DNA from: a virus
Direction: 5' to 3' (one strand)
DNA length: 64,000 bases
Virus record (IMG/VR): IMGVR_UViG_3300029258_003681
Shown: piece by piece, positions 41,403 to 50,276 of the stretch
Numbering within the stretch: the stretch's first letter is position 1
How the letters are laid out: every line of letters starts with the position of its first letter
Translations under genes and position numbers: made by a program
The notes under the pieces: model-generated
The model's input: only the letters and a program-made list of their open reading frames with translations
The model's database searches: none
What the model was told of the DNA's origin: nothing

Positions 41403-41826
41403 TTCAGATGGGATATTGTTTTTTGGCATCGAGCTGGGTGACGATTATGACAACGAGTGGCCGTGGGAACAGGTAGGAGATGAGGAAGAGTGGGAGGCTT
41501 TTGTCGCGGAGAAGCTGGGGGTGAAGAAGCCCGATGTTCCCTACGAGGGGAACGAGGCAGTTCACAGTGCGTATTGGGATGCCAAGCGTGACATTATCAA
41601 GCCGCTGGATTGCGAGATCGGTCTCCATTGCAGCTACGATCATGGGATGCTGTATGTAGCTTTGAAGTCCAAGAATTTGACGGCCAGTCGCGGGTCTCCC
41701 CAGGTGGTCACGGAGGATTTCATGAAGATCACGTCCGAGGACATCCAGAAGCTGAAGGAGTTTTGCAAGCTGGCGGAGATCGAGTGGCAGGAGCCGAAGT
41801 GGTATTTGACCAGTTTGTACGGGTAG
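41392..41826 (+). CDS. Hypothetical protein
   Basis: MTISSDGILFFGIEL; GAGGA RBS. Confidence 0.55.
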   Translation: MTISSDGILFFGIELGDDYDNEWPWEQVGDEEEWEAFVAEKLGVKKPDVPYEGNEAVHSAYWDAKRDIIKPLDCEIGLHCSYDHGMLYVALKSKNLTASRGSPQVVTEDFMKITSEDIQKLKEFCKLAEIEWQEPKWYLTSLYG

Positions 41827-41833
41827 AAATCTA

Positions 41834-42184
41834 ATGAGGCATGAAATTCGAGTCGAGGAATACACGCGAGATGCCGACGGGAAGGTTCTTGTGCAAGTGA
41901 CCATGTCCGAGTTGGCGGGGGCGGGTATGTTTCGCATTGTGAGCCTGGGTCAAACGGTCGAAGAGGCGATGCTTGAATTGGCTCACCGTTTGCGTTTGGT
42001 TGCTGACGATGCGGATGATATCGCGGACAAAATATTCGATCAATACAGGGTGGAGAATGACGAAAAGGCGAACTCCAGTTCGCAGGAAGGAAAAGAAGAA
42101 AATGGACCTAACCTTAGATTGCTCAAATGTGACGGTGGAGCCGTGGGGGATGAAGCATGTCCGAGTGACGATGGAGGAGATTGA
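41834..42184 (+). CDS. Hypothetical protein
   Basis: ORF whose tail contains the 16-bp palindrome and overlaps the next gene. Confidence 0.45.
   Translation: MRHEIRVEEYTRDADGKVLVQVTMSELAGAGMFRIVSLGQTVEEAMLELAHRLRLVADDADDIADKIFDQYRVENDEKANSSSQEGKEENGPNLRLLKCDGGAVGDEACPSDDGGD
42068..42083. repeat. 16-bp palindrome copy 6 (GCGAACTCCAGTTCGC)
   Basis: In tail of ORF 41834, upstream of ORF 42102. Confidence 0.95.
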
Positions 42185-42344
42185 CGAGAATGACATCGAT
42201 AGCGCGGGCGAGGAATTGCTCGGTGCGATCGACTCCGATAAGATTGTGGCCAAAGTGGATGTGGATGATTTCTGCTCGGAGTACGAGGTTGAGGTGGCGG
42301 ACTGGCTGAAAAACCATGGGTATACGGTTGAGGAGATTGAATAG
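42102..42344 (+). CDS. Small acidic hypothetical
   Basis: MDLTLDCSNVTVEPWG...; Asp/Glu-rich. Confidence 0.5.
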   Translation: MDLTLDCSNVTVEPWGMKHVRVTMEEIDENDIDSAGEELLGAIDSDKIVAKVDVDDFCSEYEVEVADWLKNHGYTVEEIE

Positions 42345-42482
42345 CAGTTGAATAACGCGTTGCACTGTGGCAATATGCCCTGGTGATACTCGACGCTGAT
42401 GTCGGGGAGGAATGAGGAGTAGATGGTACGTTACAAAATTCACACAAGGTCAACACATAGTCGAAGGAGTTACAATAATGAG

Positions 42483-43151
42483 ATGAGGGGTGAGGAGGTG
42501 CAATCGCTTCTGACCAAGGTTCATTTCATGATGTCTATTGCGCTCGCGGTGACAGCGGTGTTTGCCTGGGTGTGCATTGGGCGCGACTTGTTCAGCATCG
42601 ATCCCGAGACACAAAAGATGATGATGAGCGAGTATTGGATCGGCGCGCTGGTCGCTGAGATCGTGGTGGTTCTCATCTTGATATTCGGGATCGACCATTT
42701 GCACAACGGGGTGGCGGGGCTGCTGTTTTTCTTTTATGCGGCTCTGAATGGCGTGACAATCGCTCCTGTCGTGGCGGCTTATACGGAGGGGTCGGTGGCT
42801 CTTGCCTTTGTGGTAACGGGCGGCACTTTTCTGGCGATGAGCATCTACGGTGCGACGACGAAGAAGGATCTGGATAGCATCGGGGCGTTTTTGTTCATGG
42901 GCTTGTGTGGGTTGATCCTGGCGATGCTCATGAATTTTTTGTTTCGTAACGAATTGATGGATTTTCTCATCAGTTGTGCGGCGGTGCTGATATTCACTGG
43001 GCTGACAGCCTGGGACACGCAGAAAATAAAAAGTGGCAAGATCCCAGGGGGTCGTGCGGGGAACAAGGTGGTGTTCGGGGCGCTGATGTTGTACCTGGAT
43101 TTCATCAACCTTTTCTTGCATCTCTTGCGATTGCTTGGCCAGAAAAAGTAG
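42483..43151 (+). CDS. Bax inhibitor-1 / YccA family membrane protein
   Basis: About 7 TM helices; FYAALNGVTI, YGATTKKDL, GLTAWDTQKIK, ALMLYLDFINLFLHLLRL. Confidence 0.9.
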   Translation: MRGEEVQSLLTKVHFMMSIALAVTAVFAWVCIGRDLFSIDPETQKMMMSEYWIGALVAEIVVVLILIFGIDHLHNGVAGLLFFFYAALNGVTIAPVVAAYTEGSVALAFVVTGGTFLAMSIYGATTKKDLDSIGAFLFMGLCGLILAMLMNFLFRNELMDFLISCAAVLIFTGLTAWDTQKIKSGKIPGGRAGNKVVFGALMLYLDFINLFLHLLRLLGQKK

Positions 43152-43157
43152 GTAACA

Positions 43158-43412
43158 ATGGAATTCAAGACGAAAGATGCTGAGACTGCGTATAGGGAGA
43201 TGCTGACAGATGTATCCGAGCGTGCGATACGGATGTATGCGGATGTGAAGCGCATGAATTTGGAACCTCATCTAGCATTCTCATTGAATATGGCGGTTGA
43301 GCAATTTCAGTATGCGGGGCTTGCTAAGGCGATCGAAGTTGGGACGAGCGTGGATGCGACATGGGCAGGTTTGAGTGGGAGCATTGCGCTTGCTTCTATG
43401 AGAGGGGATTAG
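43158..43412 (+). CDS. Hypothetical protein
   Basis: Operon-packed ORF. Confidence 0.5.
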   Translation: MEFKTKDAETAYREMLTDVSERAIRMYADVKRMNLEPHLAFSLNMAVEQFQYAGLAKAIEVGTSVDATWAGLSGSIALASMRGD

Positions 43413-43415
43413 CTG

Positions 43416-43745
43416 ATGTCGAGACGCGAGAGGTTGTCGGATAAATATCGGCGTGAGAATGCTGTTGATCCAGCCGAGAATCAGACGGCCATCTACGATT
43501 CTTATGGCGAATCGGATGGGACGTATGTGGTTGGCGAATTGGTTGATGTGAGGCTTCCGACGGGTGATTGGGTGCTGGGCGCGATAGTCATGATTGACCG
43601 TTTTCTGTCGTCTTCTGGAAGTGAATTGTATGTGAAAATCGTTGTGGTGAAGGGAAATAAAATGTGGGGGGTCGAGGTTAGAAGTCCTCGTGACATTAGG
43701 CTCAAGCATCGAATGCGCCCGTTGAAAGCGTGGCTGAAATACTAG
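43416..43745 (+). CDS. Hypothetical, Tudor/SH3-like
   Basis: YVVGELVDVRLPTGDWVLGAIV. Confidence 0.5.
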   Translation: MSRRERLSDKYRRENAVDPAENQTAIYDSYGESDGTYVVGELVDVRLPTGDWVLGAIVMIDRFLSSSGSELYVKIVVVKGNKMWGVEVRSPRDIRLKHRMRPLKAWLKY

Positions 43746-43753
43746 GAGAGAGC

Positions 43754-44326
43754 ATGACAAAGGATAACGGTATCATTCCCATTCCTGGCTTGGTCGAAGA
43801 AGAGGAAAGGGACAAGAAATTGGATCTGGAGCGTTTGAATACGCTGTTGGACACGACCGCAGGGGCGCTTCAGGAGGCCGCTCCTGCCGATCTCAGCCCC
43901 GTTGAGCGGTCATTGCAGCTGGCGCGCGCAAAGAGGCTATCGGGCGAGCTGAAGGGGCATATCGAGGCCCTGTGTGCCGATGTGCCCGAGACGCACATGG
44001 TTCGCGTGAGGAATCACGATGGTATCAGTGAGCAGCATGAAGTCACGTTTCCGATCTACGCCAAGGGGGATAAGCCTGGTGAATACAGGAAGATTGATAG
44101 TGAGATGACGGAGATTTCTTTCTCCTCGGAAAAAAACCCGCATTTCGTGGATCATCACGAAGTGACCAAGAGGCGTATCAATTTTTTAAATGGTGCTGGC
44201 GCCGACTACTGGCTCGGGCGCGGGAAGTACAAGCTGGACGAGGAGACGTTCGTCAGCGAGACGACTCGCATCGCGTGGGAGATCCTACAGCTCGCTGGGG
44301 TGGGTGAAGATGAAGCTGGATCGTGA
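43754..44326 (+). CDS. Hypothetical protein
   Basis: AGGAG RBS. Confidence 0.55.
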   Translation: MTKDNGIIPIPGLVEEEERDKKLDLERLNTLLDTTAGALQEAAPADLSPVERSLQLARAKRLSGELKGHIEALCADVPETHMVRVRNHDGISEQHEVTFPIYAKGDKPGEYRKIDSEMTEISFSSEKNPHFVDHHEVTKRRINFLNGAGADYWLGRGKYKLDEETFVSETTRIAWEILQLAGVGEDEAGS

Positions 44327-44510
44327 TGTCTTGATTGTAAATGCCCAGATCCGCGATCCGAAATTGCTGAAGCATATTCGACGCGGTTGGATTAAGAATG
44401 TGAGCATGAGCGATCGAGGTGTCCTGACGTTTTTGCCAAGTTTTCCGTGGTGGTATCGGTGGTGGTTTGGTATGAGACGCTGGTTCCAGGAGGCGATAAG
44501 GGGGAAATGA
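44310..44510 (+). CDS. Hypothetical protein
   Basis: MKLDRDVLIV...; aromatic/basic C-terminus. Confidence 0.4.
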   Translation: MKLDRDVLIVNAQIRDPKLLKHIRRGWIKNVSMSDRGVLTFLPSFPWWYRWWFGMRRWFQEAIRGK

Positions 44511-45034
44511 ACCGAGCGACGCGTCAGAAGTTGTCGGCGCTTCGGGCGCTGGTTGATCATCCTGGGACGCCAGAACATGAACGTGAAAATGCTGAGGTTC
44601 GGATTCGTGAGATCGAGGAGCGGGTAAAGAAGGAGAAGGCTGTTGGTCAGCGCAGGGCGATGCCTACTTCGATGGCGAAGATGGCCGAGCGCATTTCTCG
44701 GCAGGGGCTGGCGAGGTTTAAAAATCGGGTACGGGGAACAGATCTCGAATCCATGATGCCCGAGCCAGAGTTTTATGAGGATTGGCCATTTGGATGGACG
44801 GGACCGAGGGAGAAGTTGAAAGAGGTTGAGATGGGAGATGGCTTCAGGGGAGAGCGTATTATTGGATGGAAGTGTCCCGATTGTGGGGGGCATGTGACTA
44901 GGATTGTTACGGGGAAAAAGTTGATTCAGTTTATGGGGAATCCTCGTGGTTTGAGAGATTATATTGAGCGTATTGTCAGCGCCGAGACCAATCACTTGTG
45001 TGTTGATTGTTGGAAGAAATGGGATAAGCAATGA
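44507..45034 (+). CDS. DUF2786-like N-terminus plus C-terminal Zn ribbon
   Basis: KLSALRALVDHPGTPEHERENAEVRI; CPDC...CVDC. Confidence 0.55.
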   Translation: MNRATRQKLSALRALVDHPGTPEHERENAEVRIREIEERVKKEKAVGQRRAMPTSMAKMAERISRQGLARFKNRVRGTDLESMMPEPEFYEDWPFGWTGPREKLKEVEMGDGFRGERIIGWKCPDCGGHVTRIVTGKKLIQFMGNPRGLRDYIERIVSAETNHLCVDCWKKWDKQ

Positions 45035-45267
45035 GTGTTCATGCAGCGGAGCAGCGGATGCGTGTGATGCAGGGGCGGATCGTCGATGCCGCCATGGTCT
45101 ACTCGACTATTCTGGAGGGAAGCAAGCAGGAAGTGCAGAGCTATCTGCGGGAGAACTTACAGACTGAGGATTTGCGTGTCGAGGTGTTCATTCGTGGAAA
45201 CAATCGGAGAAGTTATGGGCAATGGGTCGAGGTTCGCAACCTGGAGAAGTTTGATGAGGAGAAGTAA
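45031..45267 (+). CDS. Hypothetical protein
   Basis: ATGA overlap. Confidence 0.5.
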   Translation: MSVHAAEQRMRVMQGRIVDAAMVYSTILEGSKQEVQSYLRENLQTEDLRVEVFIRGNNRRSYGQWVEVRNLEKFDEEK

Positions 45268-45268
45268 A

Positions 45269-45580
45269 ATGCGGAGCCATGTTCCATTGTGGGTGTTGTC
45301 GATCGTGTCCGTTGTTATAATTTTGATGTCGGGCTATTCTTTTTTTCTTATTCGTAAACATAAAAATATGCTGTGGAAAGAGATCGAGAATCTGGGCCGT
45401 GTGAATTTAGAATTAAACGATGAGAATTCATATCTGTTGGAGCGAGAGCATTTGTACGATTGTGATATTCCTTGTGACGAGTTGAATCGATTGTACGAGG
45501 CGGCGGTGCGGGATTCGCGTGCCTGGAAGGAGCAGGCGGCCAATTGTGTCCATGAGACGATCAGGGTGAGGGCCAATTAA
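45269..45580 (+). CDS. Single-TM coiled-coil protein
   Basis: VPLWVLSIVSVVIILMSGYSFFLI. Confidence 0.55.
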   Translation: MRSHVPLWVLSIVSVVIILMSGYSFFLIRKHKNMLWKEIENLGRVNLELNDENSYLLEREHLYDCDIPCDELNRLYEAAVRDSRAWKEQAANCVHETIRVRAN

Positions 45581-45837
45581 TGGACGAGAACAAGCTGAAA
45601 AAATTGAGGGAGATCGAGTATAGGGTGCCAGGGTGCTGCGGGCTCTGTGTTAGTTTTCGTGGCAACTGGTCGACGGGATGGGGGACTTGCACCCAGCATC
45701 GGTACCAGCACAAGAAGCACGCGGGGGACAAGCGTCAGATGAGCGTCTGCATCTACGGGCGTTGTGACGAGTTTTTCGAGGGAGACAAAATGGATCTCGG
45801 CAGTTTTGTTGAGTTCCTGGAGGTGCTAGGAGCATGA
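45580..45837 (+). CDS. Cys-rich small protein
   Basis: CCGLC...GTC...C..GRC. Confidence 0.55.
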   Translation: MDENKLKKLREIEYRVPGCCGLCVSFRGNWSTGWGTCTQHRYQHKKHAGDKRQMSVCIYGRCDEFFEGDKMDLGSFVEFLEVLGA

Positions 45838-46145
45838 GGACACTGACTCTGCCGAGTGACGAGTTGCCTGGTCCGACGGCGCCCCCGTTGGTGGTGATAC
45901 GAGAAGGTGATGTGCTGGTTCGGGACAGGACCGCTATCACGTATGTCATGAAAGTGACGGCCATTGGAGAGAAGGCCGCGTTGGTGAAGCCTCTAGGATG
46001 GTTTTTCTTCAGAAGCGAAGAGGGTGACGTGTCGCAGATGCACCGTCCCTACAGCATTTCCAGTGCGAAAGAGCAACGTCTCACGAGCATGGCGCAGTGG
46101 CGTCACTGGGCAGACGTGTATCCGGGAAAGGAACAACCGCAATGA
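45834..46145 (+). CDS. Hypothetical protein
   Basis: Overlaps both neighbours. Confidence 0.5.
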   Translation: MRTLTLPSDELPGPTAPPLVVIREGDVLVRDRTAITYVMKVTAIGEKAALVKPLGWFFFRSEEGDVSQMHRPYSISSAKEQRLTSMAQWRHWADVYPGKEQPQ

Positions 46146-46780
46146 GAGCGTTGACACTTTGGCCAGAGTGGATCTGGTGTATTGATCATTTGGGAAAACG
46201 TGTGGAGAATAGAACGTGGAAGCCTCCCGAGAAATTTATTGGCCATCGGATCGCGCTGCACGCGGGCGCGCATATAGGTGGGCGAGCAGGACGTGCGGCT
46301 ACTGCTTCTGGCCTTCGGGCTGTGGGATCGATGGCAGTCCGTGAGGGCTGGAGTTGGATGCTAGGGGATGAGCTGGACTACATGACTTTTGCTCCTGGGG
46401 ATCCAGGGATGATGCAGTGTAAACTTCAAGAGCAGTGCAATACTCATGTTCCTGATTGTTCGCGTCCTTGGGATATGTATGTGAGCAAGAAGGATCGCGA
46501 GCTGTCCTCGTCGTGCAAGCCAGTGGTGAGAAAGGCTATTGTTGGGACGGCGCGGCTGGCGAAGGTGTCAGAAGGGGACTATGTGCCGTGGGGTGTGCCT
46601 GGGATGGTTCACTGGCATTTTTCGGATGTTCTGATCTTTGGTAATCCGATCGCGGCCAGTGGGAAGCAGAAATTGTGGAATGTGGACGAGAATCAGGCTT
46701 TGAATATCGCTTTGGAACATCAGTTCTTGATTGAGCAGTTCGGAGACTCTATTATTGGTATTTTGGAAAGGGGAAGGTGA
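46142..46780 (+). CDS. ASCH (PUA-like) domain protein
   Basis: MRALTLWPEW...GKRVENRTWKPP...RIALHAG; AIVGTARL; GKQKLWNV. Confidence 0.8.
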   Translation: MRALTLWPEWIWCIDHLGKRVENRTWKPPEKFIGHRIALHAGAHIGGRAGRAATASGLRAVGSMAVREGWSWMLGDELDYMTFAPGDPGMMQCKLQEQCNTHVPDCSRPWDMYVSKKDRELSSSCKPVVRKAIVGTARLAKVSEGDYVPWGVPGMVHWHFSDVLIFGNPIAASGKQKLWNVDENQALNIALEHQFLIEQFGDSIIGILERGR

Positions 46781-47058
46781 TGGGGACATATCGAAATTTG
46801 AAGAGGAGAAAACTCAATCCCTGGTTCTGCGTCGTGTGTGATCTGATGGCGGGAACAGCAAAGTTGCCGTTAGCGATCGATGATGATCCGCATCCTGACG
46901 TTCATCTTTTGGACATAATGATACTGGATTCTACTGAATCTGCGCGTTTGTATGTCCGTGCGCCATCTGCTCGGGCTGCCAAGGCGACGGCGAAGCGTCA
47001 GTTGTTGGCCTATATGCAGACGCGGGAAAAGAGAAAAAAGGATGCGGTAGCGGCATGA
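46780..47058 (+). CDS. Hypothetical protein
   Basis: Operon-packed ORF. Confidence 0.45.
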   Translation: MGTYRNLKRRKLNPWFCVVCDLMAGTAKLPLAIDDDPHPDVHLLDIMILDSTESARLYVRAPSARAAKATAKRQLLAYMQTREKRKKDAVAA

Positions 47059-47225
47059 CTGACTACCCTTATATCTGGTATTGGAAGAGCAAATTGCCAG
47101 AGCGCAAGGGCCAGAGGTGTCGCGTGCTTGTTCGTGGCAAGATGAACAGTATTGCTGTTGAGTTTGAGAGTGATGGATATCGGGTTGTGACAAGTCGGTA
47201 TGCGGTGAGGAAGGCGAAGAAATAA
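47055..47225 (+). CDS. 56-aa hypothetical; not in ORF track
   Basis: MTDYPYIWYWKSKLPERKGQRCRVLVRGKMNSIAVEFESDG; overlaps at both ends. Confidence 0.6.
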   Translation: MTDYPYIWYWKSKLPERKGQRCRVLVRGKMNSIAVEFESDGYRVVTSRYAVRKAKK

Positions 47226-47818
47226 TGGGAAAGTTCAATGTAATTTTGTCGGATTGTCCCTGGCAGTACGATGACAAAGCTGGGAAGCGTGGGGCCGATA
47301 AACATTACGCTACATTGAGTATGAAGGAATTGATGTTTCTTCGTGTGGGCGATTTGGCGGCCGAGAATTGTGCTCATTTCATGTGGGTGACGGGGCCATT
47401 TATGTTGGAGGGTATCCGTCTTCTCAGGGCCTGGGGTTTTCGGTATCGCAATATTGCATTCACTTGGATCAAGACGAATCGAAAATCGGGGACATTGTTT
47501 ACTGGCATGGGCCACTATACGCGATCGAATCCTGAATTTGTTTTGCTAGGGATAAAGGGCAAGATGGAGCGGAAATCCGCGAGTGTTCATTCCGTGATTA
47601 TGGCGCCGATGATTTCGCATTCGGCGAAGCCTCCCGAGATCCGCGACAGGATTGTTGAGTTGTTTGGCGATGTGCCTCGTTTGGAGATGTTTGCCAGGGC
47701 TCCATGGGAGGGATGGGAGCAGACGGGGTTGGAACTAGACAATCTGGACGTGCGAGAATATATTGAGAAGGTGGCTCCTGCGCGAAAGGGCCTATCGGTA
47801 TTTGGAAAGCGAACTTGA
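47225..47818 (+). CDS. MT-A70 family N6-adenine methyltransferase
   Basis: ILSDCPWQY (DPPW-like), AWGFRY, GHYTRSNPE, HSAKP, RLEMFAR. Confidence 0.9.
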   Translation: MGKFNVILSDCPWQYDDKAGKRGADKHYATLSMKELMFLRVGDLAAENCAHFMWVTGPFMLEGIRLLRAWGFRYRNIAFTWIKTNRKSGTLFTGMGHYTRSNPEFVLLGIKGKMERKSASVHSVIMAPMISHSAKPPEIRDRIVELFGDVPRLEMFARAPWEGWEQTGLELDNLDVREYIEKVAPARKGLSVFGKRT

Positions 47819-47824
47819 GTTCGC
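47809..47824. repeat. 16-bp palindrome copy 7 (GCGAACTTGAGTTCGC)
   Basis: Spans the MT-A70 stop codon. Confidence 0.95.
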
Positions 47825-47833
47825 AAGGAGGAT

Positions 47834-48163
47834 ATGATGACGGGCAGAAATCTGGTGTTATATGTGTGGGTGTTTTTGACCTCGTGTTGGACCACTCTTG
47901 CTGTTCAGGGTTGTCATGATAGATGCGAGCCCGAGGCGATGCGGTGCAACGGTGATCGGGTCGAGATTTGCAATACTGAAGAGGATTGGGAAGTGGCATC
48001 GAAGGGCAAGTGTGACGAGATCGAAGATTTTGGTCTGGGCCTCGAATGGACATGCTGTGTCGATCCCAGTGATGGGTTGCCATCGTGTTTGCCGAAGGAC
48101 GAATGTGATAATCCTGAAGATGGGTTTGATATGGATGCGAGCGTCGGGGATGGTGGTGTTTGA
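47834..48163 (+). CDS. Secreted/lipoprotein-like Cys-rich protein
   Basis: Signal-like N-terminus, CEPEAMRCNGDRVEIC, WTCC, CLP. Confidence 0.6.
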   Translation: MMTGRNLVLYVWVFLTSCWTTLAVQGCHDRCEPEAMRCNGDRVEICNTEEDWEVASKGKCDEIEDFGLGLEWTCCVDPSDGLPSCLPKDECDNPEDGFDMDASVGDGGV

Positions 48164-48345
48164 TGTCGTGGGCTAGTGAGGTCAGGGTTGATGTGGAGCG
48201 AGCGGGGACGAAAGGCAACCTTATCCTGAAGAAGCCTGGCAAGAAGTATCACATGAAGTGCGTGGGTTGTCGAAAGACATCGACATTTCGTGTGGGGAAG
48301 GTTCGTCCGAAGGCGTGTCCGAAATGTGGAAAGAAAGGGAGGTAG
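48160..48345 (+). CDS. Small Zn-ribbon protein
   Basis: CVGC...CPKCG. Confidence 0.55.
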   Translation: MMSWASEVRVDVERAGTKGNLILKKPGKKYHMKCVGCRKTSTFRVGKVRPKACPKCGKKGR

Positions 48346-48348
48346 CTG

Positions 48349-48975
48349 ATGCGAGTAACAGGAAAAGAAGTCAGAGATTTCTGGAAGTACATGTCCAAGA
48401 AGTACAATTTCGACATTGTGACGAAGGGCGATGCCGAGGAGATGAGAATCATTGGCTGGGCGCTCGATCTGATGGACATTCAGAGCCAGAAAGAGTTCAT
48501 GAAGAAGTACACGACGACCGTCGTCCTTGGCGAATGGCGCTGTGTATACGTTCCGTTCGAGATTGGCAAGGGGTCACAGGCTCAACTGATCGCGCAGATT
48601 GAAATCTGCGTCCATGAATGTCAGCATGTTGTACAGGCCGATCGTGAGAGAGCGCAGCCCATAAAGTATCTCACAAGTGACGCGAGCCGTGCGTACTACG
48701 AGGCGGATGCGTATGGGGCGAGCATGGAGATGCACTACTTCTTGACTGGCAAGCTTCTGAGTCCGAGATCTCTGGCCAACGATCTCAAGGCGTATTCCAT
48801 CGGTGCTGGCGACCGGCGCATTGCCGAGAAGCATCTTGTGGTTACGGCAAAGGTTGTAAAAAGGGGTGGCGTGATGACGGGCGTTTCGAAGGTGTCGATT
48901 GCCTGGTGGAAGCGGAGAAAGAAAAATACTGTGAAATTCAGAAAGATCTCTCCAATACGCATCTCTCCAATGTAA
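48349..48975 (+). CDS. HExxH (zincin-like) protein
   Basis: CVHECQHVVQ...YYEADAY. Confidence 0.6.
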   Translation: MRVTGKEVRDFWKYMSKKYNFDIVTKGDAEEMRIIGWALDLMDIQSQKEFMKKYTTTVVLGEWRCVYVPFEIGKGSQAQLIAQIEICVHECQHVVQADRERAQPIKYLTSDASRAYYEADAYGASMEMHYFLTGKLLSPRSLANDLKAYSIGAGDRRIAEKHLVVTAKVVKRGGVMTGVSKVSIAWWKRRKKNTVKFRKISPIRISPM

Positions 48976-49125
48976 GTGCCCGAAATCTTGGGCCTATTCC
49001 TGCCTGGAATGAAATCGAAAAAAGTCGGGTCAGGGGGTTGACAAACGCCTCTGGAGTGGGCAACTATGTGAGTGCGAGGCAGGCAAACCAAGATGGTCAG
49101 GAAGATCCTGGCAGGAGGTTGAAGA

Positions 49126-49641
49126 ATGAAGAACGCAACAACAATCGCAATAACAAAGGTCGTGTCGGGACGCAGCAAGGCTGCCAAGGAAGCGCGCAAG
49201 GCGCTGGAGCCTGGCGAGTATGACATTGACACCACGGTCCACATCACGGGCACCCTGAAGGTCGGCGAGGATCACACGATCGCACCGACGGCCTCCTTGC
49301 TCAATCAGGAATTTTTGGCCCTGGTCCTCCACCACGCGGGCATCACGCGCGACGCGGCAGCGAACGTCATCAAGAAGGTTGCGGACGATTACCTGGTCAA
49401 CTGGACGGGCAGCGACGAGGACAAGGCGAGCGCCAAGGAAGAGCGCAAGGCGCTGGTTGCGGCTTTTGATCCCGAAGGCAAGATCGAAGGCATCTTTGCC
49501 GAGTTCAAGGACACGCTGCCGCAGATCCCGAGCAAGGGCAAAGTGACATGGAAGGGCAACGCCGAGGAGGTCGCCGCCGACGCTCCTGCGGAGATCGAGA
49601 TTGGCGACCTTGCCGAGGCCGCTGAAAAAGAAACCGCCTAA
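49126..49641 (+). CDS. Hypothetical protein
   Basis: AGGAGG RBS after TTGACAAAC at 49038; strong codon bias. Confidence 0.65.
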   Translation: MKNATTIAITKVVSGRSKAAKEARKALEPGEYDIDTTVHITGTLKVGEDHTIAPTASLLNQEFLALVLHHAGITRDAAANVIKKVADDYLVNWTGSDEDKASAKEERKALVAAFDPEGKIEGIFAEFKDTLPQIPSKGKVTWKGNAEEVAADAPAEIEIGDLAEAAEKETA

Positions 49642-49653
49642 TTACATCCAACC

Positions 49654-49751
49654 CCATCCAGGAGGGTAACGGTTTGGCCGACCCTCCTCGGCCAGTAGAG
49701 AAGGGATCGATCTGATGGTCGGTCCCTTTGTCCTTGTGTGCTCCAGGATGG
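49654..49751 (+). ncRNA. Candidate structured RNA (multi-stem)
   Basis: CCATCC/GGATGG closing stem enclosing AGGAGGGT/ACCCTCCT and AAGGGATCGA/TCGGTCCCTT hairpins. Confidence 0.4.
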
Positions 49752-49774
49752 TCTGCTAGGATCAACTTGAGAAA

Positions 49775-50194
49775 ATGCGTGAGCTAATAGAACAGAGGAG
49801 GGCGCAGATGAAGACTCTCCCCGCGATGGATTCGGACTTCGAGAGTTCGAATGTTCATTCAATAGGCTATGATGAGCCAACAATGACTCTATTTGTTCGG
49901 TTCTGGCAGTTGAGCAAAAGCAAACGTTCTCAGATCCCTGGTCCAGTCTACAAATATTTCAATGTGGAGAAGAAGGTCTATTTGCAGATGTACTATGCTG
50001 CCAGCAAAGGGAAATTTGTGTGGGAGCGTCTGCGGAATAGATATCGGTATGCCATGATGGGCCGTCGCGGATGGCGTGGTCCGATGACGAAAGTAAACCG
50101 TCCGAATGCCAAGAATCCTGCTCGTCAGGAGAGGAGAATGGCTCCTCCCAAGAAGCGCAGATCGGGTTCCAAGAGACCAGCTGCCGCCAGGTAG
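49775..50194 (+). CDS. KTSC domain protein with basic tail
   Basis: ESSNVHSIGYD...LFVRF...YKYFNV...AASKGKFVWERL. Confidence 0.85.
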   Translation: MRELIEQRRAQMKTLPAMDSDFESSNVHSIGYDEPTMTLFVRFWQLSKSKRSQIPGPVYKYFNVEKKVYLQMYYAASKGKFVWERLRNRYRYAMMGRRGWRGPMTKVNRPNAKNPARQERRMAPPKKRRSGSKRPAAAR

Positions 50195-50276
50195 TTCGGA
50201 CTCTAACAGTTGACAAACTCTCTTTATGCCTTAATCATTGTCATAAGAGGATTATCCAGCGAGGATAATCAAGGAG

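Noticed and set aside
49654-49751. SAM-I riboswitch
   Set aside because: ATCCAG start and GATGG end are superficially similar, but the GCAACC and kink-turn elements are absent
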